From positions 128,822-192,821 of the forward strand of contig WBUH01000005.1 of NCBI GenBank assembly GCA_008933805.1: a DNA stretch of 64,000 nucleotides, given 5' to 3'. Position numbers and translations under genes: made by a program. The DNA is from Bacteroidota bacterium. GTDB taxonomy: Bacteria; Bacteroidota; Bacteroidia; UBA8524. How positions within the stretch are numbered: the first letter of the stretch is position 1; every line of letters begins with the position of its first letter. Below, one piece after another: positions 1 through 11,310 of this stretch. The notes beneath the pieces are model-generated. The model worked only from the letters and a program-made list of their open reading frames with translations. It had not been told where the DNA came from and ran no database searches.

Positions 1-369
<369 letters not shown>

Positions 370-640
370 CAGCTTTCGCAAATTTCACATTAATTTTGCG
401 ATTACAACCGCAGCATTTATATAAAATTTGCGGTTGTAATTGTGATTACTTATTAAATGGTTTGCCAAAAGTGTTCCGTCATCAAAATCAGGCGCACTGT
501 TATAGTAGTTGTAACAGCATTATAGGGTTACTCAACAATCAAAGAAGGGGGAATGCAAAACACCTTATCCAGCATATTGCAAACGAAACCTAACTATATT
601 AGCAACTTAAAACCCTAAACTAAAAACTGAAAACTACTAA

Positions 641-2128
641 TTAGTGTTTAAAGTGGCGGATGCCGGTAAACACCATCGCCATGTTGTGCTCGTTGCAGTA
701 GTTTATACTCAACTCATCTTTAATAGAGCCGCCGGGTTGTATCACGCTCACAATACCTGCTTTGTCGGCAATCTCCACACAATCAGGGAAAGGGAAAAAC
801 GCATCCGAGCCCATCGAAGCACCTTGCAGCGATAAACCAAATTCACCCGCTTTGGCAATGGCATTTTTCAACGCATCCACGCGAGAAGTTTGTCCGCAAC
901 CAATGCCCAACAACTGGTTGTCTTTAGCCAACACAATGGTGTTAGATTTGGTGTGCTTCACAATCTTATCGGCAAACAACATATCTGCCACCTCTTGTGT
1001 AGTAGGTTTGCGGTTGGTTGGATAGGTAAAATCGGCTTCGGTTACTACTTTGTTGTCAGCATCTTGGTAAATGCTGCCGTTCAACAAGGTTTTATGCACC
1101 ATCTCTTGTGCAGGAATACTCTTCAACTGCAACAACACACGGTTTTTCTTTTGTTTTAATATTTCAAGCGCATCTGCATCAAAGGCAGGGGCAATCAACA
1201 CCTCAAAAAACAGGTTATTAATTTCAGTAGCTGTTGCAGCATCTACCGTACGGTTGCAGGCTATTATACCGCCAAACGCACTGGTAGGGTCAGCAGCAAG
1301 GGCTTTGTGCCATGCTTGGGTAAGGTTTGCATCGGTTGCCAATCCGCAAGGGTTGGTGTGTTTAATAATAACAAACGTGGGGCCTTCAAACTCATTCAAC
1401 AGGTATAGGGCACTATCAACGTCGTTCAGGTTGTTATACGATATTTCTTTACCGTGCAATTGGGTAAATACTTCGTCCAAATTTCCACGGAAAAACGCCT
1501 TTTGGTGGGGGTTTTCGCCATAACGCAAGTGCGTATCCGTTACCCCTGCAAAGTAATTACCGATAGCAGTATCGTATTGCGAGGTACGGGCAAATGCTTG
1601 CTTAGCAAAATAACGACGGTCGTCTATACTGGTAGCACCACTTTTAGCCTTTAATACTTCGGTCAGCTTAGTATATTCAGCCTTATCAGCAATTACAATG
1701 GTGTCTTTAAAGTTTTTGGCCGCTGCGCGTATCAATGAAACTCCGCCAATATCAATCTTCTCAATAATCTCCGCCTCGTTATCGGTGTTTTTCAGGGTCT
1801 CTTCAAAAGGATAAAGGTCAACAATTACTAAATCAATCTCAGGTATTGCATATTCGCCCAAGGTTTTCATATCCTCGGCGTTATCCCTGCGAGCCAAAAT
1901 ACCGCCAAACACTTTGGGGTGAAGGGTTTTTACACGACCGCCCAATATTGAAGGGTACGCGGTTAACTCTTCTACAGGAACCACAGGCATTCCCAAACCT
2001 TCGATAAATGCTTGTGTTCCGCCGGTTGAGTAAAACGTTACTCCGTTGGCATGAAGTGTTTTGATTAGCTCGTCAAGATGGTCTTTGTGATATACAGATA
2101 CTAACGCCGATTTGATTTTTTTGTCCAT
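641..2128 (-). CDS. purH: Bifunctional AICAR formyltransferase/IMP cyclohydrolase
   Basis: ALVSVYHK, STGGT, GGRVKTLHP, IDIGG, LRYGENPHQ, SDAFFPF, IQPGGS, FTGIRHFKH motifs; start chosen at MDKKIK. Confidence 0.97.
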   Translation of the reverse strand: MDKKIKSALVSVYHKDHLDELIKTLHANGVTFYSTGGTQAFIEGLGMPVVPVEELTAYPSILGGRVKTLHPKVFGGILARRDNAEDMKTLGEYAIPEIDLVIVDLYPFEETLKNTDNEAEIIEKIDIGGVSLIRAAAKNFKDTIVIADKAEYTKLTEVLKAKSGATSIDDRRYFAKQAFARTSQYDTAIGNYFAGVTDTHLRYGENPHQKAFFRGNLDEVFTQLHGKEISYNNLNDVDSALYLLNEFEGPTFVIIKHTNPCGLATDANLTQAWHKALAADPTSAFGGIIACNRTVDAATATEINNLFFEVLIAPAFDADALEILKQKKNRVLLQLKSIPAQEMVHKTLLNGSIYQDADNKVVTEADFTYPTNRKPTTQEVADMLFADKIVKHTKSNTIVLAKDNQLLGIGCGQTSRVDALKNAIAKAGEFGLSLQGASMGSDAFFPFPDCVEIADKAGIVSVIQPGGSIKDELSINYCNEHNMAMVFTGIRHFKH

Positions 2129-2197
2129 TCCCTTTGGTTTTGAAATAAACCGCGAAAAAACAACATTAAACCGACATTTTATAAACAAGTTGCCGAC

Positions 2198-3020
2198 TCA
2201 CTTTGCAGCCTTGTTTTTGCGAAACCGTTTCCAATCCAAATAAAGGCCAAAGGTGGTAAAGTTTACAAACCCCACCCCAAACTTATAATTGCTTTGCAAG
2301 TTCCACATTTGTATATCACCCGTTGGGTAATTAAAAGGAGCGTAGCCCACATTGGTATACCCAAAAATCGGAAGTTTCTTACTTTCAAAAGCAAAAAATA
2401 CCCAAGCACCCGTACCGGTAAAAGTGGTGTTGGGGGCATTAATATCTTTATTCCCTGTTGCTGAGGGCTGCCCGTTCACAAAAAAAGAGCGTTTAAAATA
2501 TAGCCTATCGTATAATGCTCTGGTAAACATAAAGCTGCCCCCCATTTTTACCCTATCGTTTTTACCTACATCAAGAGAGGTATAAAGAGAAGGCGTAATA
2601 GAAGTTGCCAGGTAAGACACATCTACTTCCATTCTACTTTCGCTGTTGTTCACAAATGGGGCATTATCCGTAAAATTTCGTTGATGCCTGCCGTGTGCTC
2701 GTTCCACTTGTAACGAGGCATAAAAACGCCCCGCTTTTTTGGTTGTAAAGAGGGGTGCATACAGTTGTCCTGCGTAGTTATAGCAAGTAAACCCTTTGTA
2801 GCCCAAAAAATAACCACCGGTAATACCCACATATTTTACAGGTGAAGTAGATACTTGTGCATGCGCACCCAACACCCCTATCGTTCCTGTGGCGCGTACT
2901 TGCCCACCATCGGTATAGGCGGCAGTATCAGGCAAAGGGTTAATGTAGGTGTAGCCAAACGGTGAGCAGGAAGCCACCATCAGCAGCAAGCCAATACACA
3001 CCAGTTTTTGCGTCAATGCC
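2198..3020 (-). CDS. Putative outer-membrane lipoprotein, predicted beta-barrel (paralog family member 1)
   Basis: Lipobox-like VASC; amphipathic beta-strand pattern; N-terminus resembles ORFs at 10457, 46317 and 47144. Confidence 0.55.
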
Positions 3021-3098
3021 ATGCCGCAAGATAAAAGAATTGCTATCATCTTTTATCCGTCTGCAAACCTGCGCTTTTGTATTTTCGTTAAGTTAATA

Positions 3099-3815
3099 AT
3101 GAACAAACGCATTTTCATCGGAGCCATCGTTTTGCTGTTATTTTCCTGCAAGCAAACAGCAGAGAAACAAGAACTCCCCTCCTATTTCTGTCGACCTGAA
3201 CTGGAAACCTTTTTCGGCGGCTCAGATACATTGCCGGTGGTTACATTTTCTCCGAGTGATTCGTTTGGAAGTATTAAGCCATCATTTTTAAGACACTTTG
3301 ATTCTATTAGCGAGAATATTTCAATTAGAGTTCCGATAAGTATAGATAGCCTCAAAAAAACTGTATACGTTAAGACTACCTTCGAAAATCCATTTGTAAT
3401 TAAACCTATAGGATGCTATAGCCGAAGCAACATACTTAGAATACACCTTGATAATGATTCAATAACTATCAATAATGAAAATAAAATTCCTTATGATTCT
3501 CTGAAAAAACTCATCACAGCAGATATTCTAAACTACGGAAGAAATATGTATTTATCCGGAAGCCCCAACAAAATGGTAGTTATACTCAGATGGAATATGC
3601 AAATAAAAACAGAAGTTTTTAACCTGGCTTTAAAAAGCATTATCGACGGACACATCGAAGCTCTGAACATAACAAGTTCAAAGTATATTAATAAACACTT
3701 ATGCAGTATTACAAAAGATGATTTTACAAAACTTACTTCATCTTTCAGATTCAACTTAATTCTTGCTTTTCCTGAGATACCGAGCGAATATTTAATTTTC
3801 CCTTCTATTGGGTAG
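3099..3815 (+). CDS. Hypothetical lipoprotein
   Basis: MNKRIFIGAIVLLLFSC lipoprotein signal; AT-rich ORF. Confidence 0.6.
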   Translation: MNKRIFIGAIVLLLFSCKQTAEKQELPSYFCRPELETFFGGSDTLPVVTFSPSDSFGSIKPSFLRHFDSISENISIRVPISIDSLKKTVYVKTTFENPFVIKPIGCYSRSNILRIHLDNDSITINNENKIPYDSLKKLITADILNYGRNMYLSGSPNKMVVILRWNMQIKTEVFNLALKSIIDGHIEALNITSSKYINKHLCSITKDDFTKLTSSFRFNLILAFPEIPSEYLIFPSIG

Positions 3816-3884
3816 TTAATCGTTAATCGAAAATTAATACCTCGCGAATTAGTTTCTCATATATTGCTGGTCAATATATTATCC

Positions 3885-4817
3885 ATGAAAAAACTTTTAC
3901 TTCTTTTTAGTCTATTGTGGCTTATTGCCCCCCAATTAAAAGCCGTTAACGAAGAGCCGGACAGTCTTTCAACAGAAAATGCTGAATTGCTTGATGCCCT
4001 TAAAGTGCTTGATTCTGCCCAACGCTTAAAATACCAAACCGGAACCGTTACCATTGGTGATGGACTGGCCACTATTAATGTTCCCAAAGGTTTTAAGTAT
4101 TTAGACCCTGAACAAACTGAGTTTGTGTTGCACAAACTATGGAACAACCCTCCCGGCGGCGGCTATTTGGGGATGTTGTTACTTGAGAATGCTGATTTAT
4201 TAGATTCAGCCTCGTGGGTGTTTACCATACAATACGACGCTATTGGCTACGTGAGCGATAAGGATGCTAACGAGGTTGATTATGAAGAGCTGCTGGCCGA
4301 CATGAAAAAAGAGTCAGAAGAAGAAAATAAAACCCGTGTGCAATTGGGTTATGAAGCCATGCATTTTATGGGCTGGGCATCAACCCCGTATTACGACGAA
4401 AACAAAAAGATATTACACTGGGCTAAAGAATTTAGCGTTGATGAAACCTCAACCAATACCCTCAACTACAATGTTCGCATATTAGGCCGCAAAGGTGTTT
4501 TGGTTTTAAATGCCATTGCTGCAATGCCACAGCTTGAGGATGTAAAAAAGAACATCGACCCGCTTACAAATGCTGTAGAGTTTAGCGCAGGCAATAAATA
4601 CAGTGATTTTAACCCCGATGTGGACGAAGTGGCTGCATGGACTATAGGCGGCTTGGTAGCAGGTAAAGTGCTTGCAAAAGCGGGTTTATTTGCCGGATTA
4701 GCAAAATTTGGCAAAGTAATCATCTTAGGCTTGATTGCCTTGGGTGCCGGAGCTGTTAAGCTGTTTAGGGGTAAGAAAAATAAAGAAACTGCTACCGACG
4801 GTAATACCACCGCATAA
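3885..4817 (+). CDS. DUF2167 domain membrane protein
   Basis: GYVSDKDA, GWASTPYYD, LNYNVRILGRKG, YSDFNPDVDEVAAWTIGGLVAG motifs; signal peptide and C-terminal TM. Confidence 0.85.
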   Translation: MKKLLLLFSLLWLIAPQLKAVNEEPDSLSTENAELLDALKVLDSAQRLKYQTGTVTIGDGLATINVPKGFKYLDPEQTEFVLHKLWNNPPGGGYLGMLLLENADLLDSASWVFTIQYDAIGYVSDKDANEVDYEELLADMKKESEEENKTRVQLGYEAMHFMGWASTPYYDENKKILHWAKEFSVDETSTNTLNYNVRILGRKGVLVLNAIAAMPQLEDVKKNIDPLTNAVEFSAGNKYSDFNPDVDEVAAWTIGGLVAGKVLAKAGLFAGLAKFGKVIILGLIALGAGAVKLFRGKKNKETATDGNTTA

Positions 4818-4850
4818 CAATAATTATTGCACAATTTTAAACCGCAATCT

Positions 4851-4858
4851 TACCTTTG
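4851..4858 (+). promoter_or_regulatory. Bacteroidota housekeeping -7 promoter element (TAnnTTTG)
   Basis: TACCTTTG 7 nt before the ATG at 4866; the same element lies upstream of queD, the fur-family gene, ygiD and iscS. Confidence 0.6.
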
Positions 4859-4865
4859 ATAGTGT

Positions 4866-6023
4866 ATGAAATTGCTCAAAGGTTTTATTAAATGGTTTTT
4901 AATCGCATTGATAATATTCAATGTAGGGGTACTGGTTACAGGCAATGCACATTTGTACAAAGCACTGTCGCGTACCTATTTTATCGGGCGCACAGGCCCC
5001 TCCATTGATGATTATACAGCGTTTGAAAATCGTGATGTAAAAACGGGTACCCCGCAGCCGTGGCCTTTTGCAGCCAACTACAATAAAACTCCGCTGAAAG
5101 ATGCGGACAAGAAATACCACGAGAGTATTGGTACAGTAGCCTATTTGGTGATACACAACGATAGTATTGTACACGAAAGCTATTGGGACGGTTATGGTGA
5201 AAACTCATACTCAAATTCATTTTCCGTAGCTAAAAGTGTGGTTTCTATGTTAGTGGGATGTGCCATTGGGGACGGTTTGATAAAAGATGAAAACGAACCC
5301 GCCGTGAAATACCTGCCCGAGTTTAAAGAAACATTGGGCGATAAAATCACTATCCGGCACTTGCTTACCATGAGCTCAGGCATTGGCTTTGACGAGAGCT
5401 ACGGAAACCCCTTCGGGATGATGGCAAAAGCCTATTACGGAAAAGGGGTAAAAGAACTGGTAGGCGACTACAAACCTGCCACTGAACCGGGCAAACAGTT
5501 TGATTATATGGGAGGAAATACCCTACTGTTGGGCTTTATTGTAGAAAAAGTAACCGGAAAAAAATTGGGTGATTATGCCGCTGAAAAGATATGGCAACCC
5601 ATTGGTGCGCAAAACCCTGCCAAATGGACGATTGATGCCAAAGACGGTGATGAACGTTCGTACTGCTGCTTTTACACCAATGCCCGCGATTTTGCCCGAT
5701 TAGGTAAATTATATAAAGACAGTGGCCGCTGGAACGGTAAACAACTGATACCCCAAGAGTTTGTGCTAAACTCGGTAAAGCCTGCTTCTGATGTGATGGA
5801 CGGTACTCAACCCCTCAAAATTTACGGCTACCAATGGTGGTGTATGCAATACCAAAACCGCCCGTTGTTTTATGCAAGGGGTATTAAAGGCCAATATATT
5901 TTGGTGGATTATGCCACCAACACTATTGTAGTAAGGCTTGGACACAGGCGCGAAGGTAAAAACATTGACGGTCATCCATCAGAAACCTTCCGCTGCCTTG
6001 AAATGGCCGAATACCTTAAATAA
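4866..6023 (+). CDS. Serine hydrolase, beta-lactamase class C / 6-aminohexanoate-dimer hydrolase family
   Basis: SFSVAKS (SxxK), HLLTMSSG, ARDFARLG, YGYQWW motifs. Confidence 0.9.
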   Translation: MKLLKGFIKWFLIALIIFNVGVLVTGNAHLYKALSRTYFIGRTGPSIDDYTAFENRDVKTGTPQPWPFAANYNKTPLKDADKKYHESIGTVAYLVIHNDSIVHESYWDGYGENSYSNSFSVAKSVVSMLVGCAIGDGLIKDENEPAVKYLPEFKETLGDKITIRHLLTMSSGIGFDESYGNPFGMMAKAYYGKGVKELVGDYKPATEPGKQFDYMGGNTLLLGFIVEKVTGKKLGDYAAEKIWQPIGAQNPAKWTIDAKDGDERSYCCFYTNARDFARLGKLYKDSGRWNGKQLIPQEFVLNSVKPASDVMDGTQPLKIYGYQWWCMQYQNRPLFYARGIKGQYILVDYATNTIVVRLGHRREGKNIDGHPSETFRCLEMAEYLK

Positions 6024-6083
6024 TTACCCTATTAAACTAAAAGCAAGGGTGAAAATCCTATTGCGTGTAATACCGTTGAACGT

Positions 6084-7373
6084 ATGAGAAATTGCATTTT
6101 ATTCATTTTCGTTGTCGCTATCTCTTTTATCAACCCGTTGAAATCACAAACATTGGGCACTGATATGAGCGGAAACTCGCCACTTGTGCATCAAGGCGGT
6201 AGTGCTTATGCCGACTTGGTAAATTCCAATTTCGGGGCATCGTTTTTTGCGTTTGACGATAACCTGTATTACCGACAATCCACCCTTTTTGGCGTAACAA
6301 TAAACGGTTCTGACAGGGCCGGCATGGCTGCCTTTTTAAACAAGGGGATTACAGCTCCTCAAGCATCTGCGGCCTTTACCGTAGGCATGAGCAAAACAAA
6401 CAACTTTATTAACCGGTATAAACCCCGTGCTGAGTATTGGGCATTGCTGGATGAAGAAGATTTGAGGCTCACCAGCCGGATGAACGCTTTGGTAAAAGAC
6501 AGTAACCAACTGAACAAAATGCTGGAAAGCATAGACAAAAAGTTTCCTGCCGAAACCGACACACTAAAACAGTTGTTCTTTTCTATTGAGACTCCGGGTT
6601 TTGAACAATTAAAACTGGTATGGATAGCTTATGCCAAAACCGTAACAAAAACTGATTTTTACAATGAGGTTATTTCCCTGCTTTTGGGAGCCAACAGTGA
6701 GTTTACGTACCTTTTTACTGAGTATAAGGATTTAAAACAAAAACACGACCAGATTATTCTGCAAAAACAAACTATTGATAAACCAGTAAGGCCATTTGTA
6801 CAGAACATATTGTACCTTACAACTGGGTTAAAACACAATGGTTTTTACCAAATTGACTCTCAAAACAATGCTATTAATGTTATCTTTAATAATATCACCG
6901 CGGGCTTTGTTGCCATAGGGGGCAGCCATTGCTTTGGCAACCGTGTTTTTTTAGGTTATCAAATAGGCCAAACCATGCTTGATAATTTTGAAGCCCTTGC
7001 TCCAATGGCCTACGATACAACAAAAACAGCCACAAAATCCCAAGCAGCTGCCACCCGTAGCTATCAAGTATATACAGGCACCTTTAATCGTTTTGTTTCG
7101 CCGTTTTTTTCATTCCACTTAGCCCTACGGCAAAAAGTAGGAAAAATAGGCCACGCCATTATCACCCCAATACAGTTTACTTATTCTGCTAAATCAACCA
7201 TCGGGGCATCGGTACAGTTAATTACAAACAGCGGGGTAAGTTTTGGTGCCTCCATTGAAAACAGAATTATTAGCGATGCCAGACTGAAACAGCCAGGCCA
7301 AGAAACATTCAGTCAGGTCTATTTCGGCTTTAGATTAGGCCTTATTCTTGCCGATTTTGATTTTATGAATTAG
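6084..7373 (+). CDS. Hypothetical secreted/outer-membrane protein
   Basis: 429 aa ORF, N-terminal signal peptide, beta-rich ends around a helical insert. Confidence 0.55.
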   Translation: MRNCILFIFVVAISFINPLKSQTLGTDMSGNSPLVHQGGSAYADLVNSNFGASFFAFDDNLYYRQSTLFGVTINGSDRAGMAAFLNKGITAPQASAAFTVGMSKTNNFINRYKPRAEYWALLDEEDLRLTSRMNALVKDSNQLNKMLESIDKKFPAETDTLKQLFFSIETPGFEQLKLVWIAYAKTVTKTDFYNEVISLLLGANSEFTYLFTEYKDLKQKHDQIILQKQTIDKPVRPFVQNILYLTTGLKHNGFYQIDSQNNAINVIFNNITAGFVAIGGSHCFGNRVFLGYQIGQTMLDNFEALAPMAYDTTKTATKSQAAATRSYQVYTGTFNRFVSPFFSFHLALRQKVGKIGHAIITPIQFTYSAKSTIGASVQLITNSGVSFGASIENRIISDARLKQPGQETFSQVYFGFRLGLILADFDFMN

Positions 7374-8657
7374 CGGCTTGCAATTATAAATTGCTACTAC
7401 TACCGCAACCACCAGCAACGGGTAAACAGGTACTTTAAACCTTGCACTGCCTATAGGCCCTGTAAGAAACCAAATATACCCTGCCATAACCAATAAGTAT
7501 ATTTTTGGCCACAATGGGGTTTTGATAAATACAAACACCACACACATTAGCAATATCAACACGTTTGCTATCATTTGCAGCAGCAGTACAATTATTAAGG
7601 CAATAGGCTGGGTTTTAATAAACCGTTTCAGTTCACCTATATCTCCTTTGCTGATGTAGTGCAACAGCCCTAAACCATCTGTTTGCGGGATATTAAAAAA
7701 ACTAACGTAATCGTACCTGCCGGGGTCGGCCATAAAATTAAGCATCCCTCTTGCATGAAACTTGCCATAAGCAGGCACATCACTTAGTAATATTTGTTTG
7801 CAGGTATCTTTAATGTATTCGCATTGTTGCGCATAACTGCCCTTTTTTGCTACGGCTGAATCAATTACCACAATTACACTATCGCCGTACTCACTACCAT
7901 ACTTGGCAAACAAAAAATATTTAGTGTTATAATCTTTTAAATTAACATGGGTGATGGATGAATAATGCCTGTACCCTGTTTCTTGATAGTTTACCCCGCT
8001 CCACCAATAGGCTACCAATGGTAGCAACACTACTGTTAACGGCAAAAAATAATGCCTGTTTTTAATCGCAAAAATTAAAAGTACGACCAAGCTAATTACC
8101 CAAAAATACAGCATTACGGGTTTGGTAAGCAATGCCAATATTAGCAATGCTGTATTACCTATTATCCAATATTGTTTGTTGGTTTTTAAATAGCGTAAAA
8201 AGCAATAAAAAGCACCTGTTAAAAATGCCTGCAACAAGGTTTCGCTCATCACCATGTTGGCGTATAACAGTTGATTAGGAAATAGCACCCATAAAATTCC
8301 TGCCCACAAAGCAGGCTTTTCTATTCCAAAATCATCCCGTAATAATTTATATACCAGCCATGAACAAAAAATACTGATGATATTTTGCAACAACAGCACG
8401 GCATACAACGACCCGAAAATACTAGTTACTCCCCAAATAAATAGCCCGTACAAAGGCGGACGTTTACTGTAATAATCAATTTTTATAGGCTGGGTTGGGT
8501 CGTTGGCGTAAAAACTACCCGTAGCTTCAAAGTTTTTTGCCTGCCATATATAATCACCGCTATCAGGTAGCTGTATGTTACCCTTGTACAAGGCCAATAC
8601 AAAAAATACCGCATGCAGTAAGGTTATAAACAGCAGGTATTTTCGGGCATTACTCAA
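7335..8657 (-). CDS. ArnT/PMT-like (GT-C fold) membrane glycosyltransferase
   Basis: Multiple TM helices; PDSGDY, RPPLY, MSETL, ALLTKP motifs. Confidence 0.75.
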   Translation of the reverse strand: MSNARKYLLFITLLHAVFFVLALYKGNIQLPDSGDYIWQAKNFEATGSFYANDPTQPIKIDYYSKRPPLYGLFIWGVTSIFGSLYAVLLLQNIISIFCSWLVYKLLRDDFGIEKPALWAGILWVLFPNQLLYANMVMSETLLQAFLTGAFYCFLRYLKTNKQYWIIGNTALLILALLTKPVMLYFWVISLVVLLIFAIKNRHYFLPLTVVLLPLVAYWWSGVNYQETGYRHYSSITHVNLKDYNTKYFLFAKYGSEYGDSVIVVIDSAVAKKGSYAQQCEYIKDTCKQILLSDVPAYGKFHARGMLNFMADPGRYDYVSFFNIPQTDGLGLLHYISKGDIGELKRFIKTQPIALIIVLLLQMIANVLILLMCVVFVFIKTPLWPKIYLLVMAGYIWFLTGPIGSARFKVPVYPLLVVAVVVAIYNCKPLIHKIKIGKNKA

Positions 8658-8668
8658 CAGTGCAAGTA

Positions 8669-9466
8669 TTATTTTTTGAAATTATCCTTAATTACACCGT
8701 AAAACTCTTTATAAACTCCGGGGCAACAGGCCACAATTTCTTTCCCGAAAAGATAATTTCCCTTGCCTGAAAAATCAACCACTTTGCCCCCCGCCTGCTG
8801 CACAATAAATGCGCCCGCAGCCACATCCCAAGGACTAAGCCCCATCTCGAAAAACCCTTCAAAACGGCCCACAGCAGTGTAAGCTAAATCAATAGCGGCA
8901 CTACCCATACGACGCAAACCGCGTGTAGATTTCATATAATGGCGCAAACTATTCACATAGCCGTCCATACCATCAAACTCATAATAAGGGAAGCCTGTAG
9001 CCAACAACGAGTCTTTCAACGCCGATACAGGCGATACTTTAATCTCAGTACCGTTTAGATATGCCGCAGAATCTTTCCACGCATAAAAACACTCATCCTT
9101 GCACACCTCATACACAATCCCCATCACCAACTTGTCTTTCTCAAGCAGTCCCACACTCACTGAAAACACAGGGATACCGTGAATAAAATTTGTAGTTCCG
9201 TCAAGCGGGTCAACCACCCAACGGTATTTGTGCCCTTCGGTTTGGGCTATCGTATTCTCTTCAGTAATAAATCCGCAGTCTTCTATCAATTGGTCCAACC
9301 CCTCAACAAGTATCTTTTCAGCTGTCACATCCACATAACTCACCAATTGGTTCAGGCTTTTTTCCTCAGTAGCCGTGCGGTCAAAGCTTGTAAACTCCTT
9401 GCGGATAAAAGCTCCTGCCTCCTGCACTACCTCAATAGCCTCACGGCACAACTTTTCATAATTCAT
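8669..9466 (-). CDS. suhB: Inositol monophosphatase family protein
   Basis: WVVDPLDGTTNF, RRMGSAAIDL, PWDVAAG. Confidence 0.92.
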   Translation of the reverse strand: MNYEKLCREAIEVVQEAGAFIRKEFTSFDRTATEEKSLNQLVSYVDVTAEKILVEGLDQLIEDCGFITEENTIAQTEGHKYRWVVDPLDGTTNFIHGIPVFSVSVGLLEKDKLVMGIVYEVCKDECFYAWKDSAAYLNGTEIKVSPVSALKDSLLATGFPYYEFDGMDGYVNSLRHYMKSTRGLRRMGSAAIDLAYTAVGRFEGFFEMGLSPWDVAAGAFIVQQAGGKVVDFSGKGNYLFGKEIVACCPGVYKEFYGVIKDNFKK

Positions 9467-9577
9467 GCCGCTAAGGTAAAACGCATTGATGAAATGTGTA
9501 AGTAAAGAATAGAAAGAAACCGTTAATGACTAATTGGATATACTACCAACCCCTAATCACTAAACATTAACAACCAA

Positions 9578-9790
9578 TCACTTCTTCACCGAAGTATCCT
9601 CTTGCAAAGGTTGGGGTACAGAAAGCTGCTTGCGCTGTATAGGCGGCTCAGCACCTTCTCTGTAGTAATTTTTCCAGATAAGGAAACCACCGTAAAACAC
9701 AATAAATATCATGGTGATAAATATCGAACGCTTGAACGCCTTAGGACTGGGCTCGCGGTCGTAAACAGGTATTTTGGGTTTATTCTCCAT
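9578..9790 (-). CDS. Small single-pass membrane protein
   Basis: MENKPKIP...IFITMIFIVFYGGFLIW; start overlaps the queD stop. Confidence 0.55.
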   Translation of the reverse strand: MENKPKIPVYDREPSPKAFKRSIFITMIFIVFYGGFLIWKNYYREGAEPPIQRKQLSVPQPLQEDTSVKK

Positions 9791-10211
9791 AATATTCAAC
9801 AAAATTGCGTTCGGTTTCCACCAGTTTAAGGTAGTGCAGTTGGCATCCGTGCTCGCTGATAGGTTCGGCAAGTTGGTCCCAAATCTCCACCACAATATTT
9901 TCAATACTTGCCATTTTTCCGTGCATAAAATCAACATCCTCGTTAATGTTACGGTGGTCAAGTTTATCAATCACACGGTCGCGGATAATCTTTTTCAGTT
10001 CCTTTAAGTCGATAATGAAACCTGTGTCAGGGTTTGGCGACCCTTTTACGGTTACAAACAACTCAAAATTGTGACCGTGCCAGTTTTTATTGGCACAACG
10101 ACCAAATACTGCGTCATTCTGCTCCTCCGTCCAATTAGGGTTGTACAGTTTGTGGGCAGCATTAAAATGCTCCTTGCGGGTTATGTATAGTAATTTAGGT
10201 TTCTCAGCCAT
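9780..10211 (-). CDS. queD: 6-pyruvoyl-tetrahydropterin/6-carboxytetrahydropterin synthase
   Basis: FNAAHKL, FGRC..NWHGHN, LDHRNIN, LVETERN. Confidence 0.88.
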   Translation of the reverse strand: MAEKPKLLYITRKEHFNAAHKLYNPNWTEEQNDAVFGRCANKNWHGHNFELFVTVKGSPNPDTGFIIDLKELKKIIRDRVIDKLDHRNINEDVDFMHGKMASIENIVVEIWDQLAEPISEHGCQLHYLKLVETERNFVEYYGE

Positions 10212-10456
10212 AGCTGTAGGTTATCCGTTGTTACAAAAAAGTGTGCAAAGGTAGTCATATAAAAACAGATTATCAAAAGCACTGTAAACCGCCTGTAAAA
10301 TCAACGTTTTTGCATTTTTCCGTAAAAACGTTTTAGGCATTTGCAAAAACTGCCTGAGAAAGCCAATCCAAGCACCCCACCTTTGTATTACAAACTATGA
10401 TTACAAAAGGGGCAGCCCCATAAAAGCTGCCCATATTTTTTTAAAGCCAACTGCCT

Positions 10457-11239
10457 ATGAAACCACAATTACTGTTTTGTTTGCTGTTCACCGTATTTGC
10501 AAGTAGTTGCGCCTTTAACACCTATACCTACATACCACAAATGCCTAACTCAGCTGCATTTAGCAATGCTGAGCAATTTAAAGCAAATGCTGCGCTGGGA
10601 CGTTCCCACCTCGAAGCACAAGTAGCCTATTCACCTGTGAAACATCTTGCTGTAAATGGTGGTGCATTTTTGGGAGAGCATAACCAAATGGCACTTGAGG
10701 GTGGCTTAACAGCATACACAAGGCTTATAAGAAGTAAGCATTTATTTGTAACAGCAGGAGGCTCACTTTCTCAAGGCAATATCAATACTTCGTTTGATGA
10801 TAAAAAGGATATTAAACAAGTAGATTTTTACTCAATCAACTGTAGCTATACCGGGAAACATTTTCAATACGGAATATATTGGCACGGTAACGATGTGTAT
10901 TTGAACCGTGGGCATAACAGAAGAACATTCGGGTTTATTATTAAACACAGCTACATTAATTATGAAAACTACAGTTATACTGAAATAGACAGGAGTTTCA
11001 GAGGAATTCCAACCATACTGAATGCCGTAAACAGAACACAATTAAGTATTAAGTCTTTAACGTTGATGGCTTTTTTAGAAAACGAAATTTCTAAGTATGC
11101 TATCATACTCGTTCAAACGGGACTTCAACCCAAATCAACTCCGATGATAGGTTTATTCGATGCCCCACGTCAGCAGCGGATATTTTGGCTACCTAGCCGC
11201 CCCTTTCTCAACATCGCGCTCGGTATTAAAATCGATTAA
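10457..11239 (+). CDS. Putative outer-membrane lipoprotein (paralog family member 2)
   Basis: FASSC lipobox; TYIPQMPNSAAF...HLEAQVAYSPVKHL similar to 2198 ORF; ends in a beta-strand. Confidence 0.6.
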   Translation: MKPQLLFCLLFTVFASSCAFNTYTYIPQMPNSAAFSNAEQFKANAALGRSHLEAQVAYSPVKHLAVNGGAFLGEHNQMALEGGLTAYTRLIRSKHLFVTAGGSLSQGNINTSFDDKKDIKQVDFYSINCSYTGKHFQYGIYWHGNDVYLNRGHNRRTFGFIIKHSYINYENYSYTEIDRSFRGIPTILNAVNRTQLSIKSLTLMAFLENEISKYAIILVQTGLQPKSTPMIGLFDAPRQQRIFWLPSRPFLNIALGIKID

Positions 11240-11255
11240 TGGTTTGTATAAAGGC

Positions 11256-11282
11256 AAAAGCCCCGACGATGCGGGGCCTTTT
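11256..11282. terminator. Bidirectional intrinsic terminator
   Basis: AAAA-GCCCCG-acgatg-CGGGGC-CTTTT between convergent genes. Confidence 0.7.
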
Positions 11283-11310
11283 ACACAACAAACATAATCT
11301 ATGAGAAATT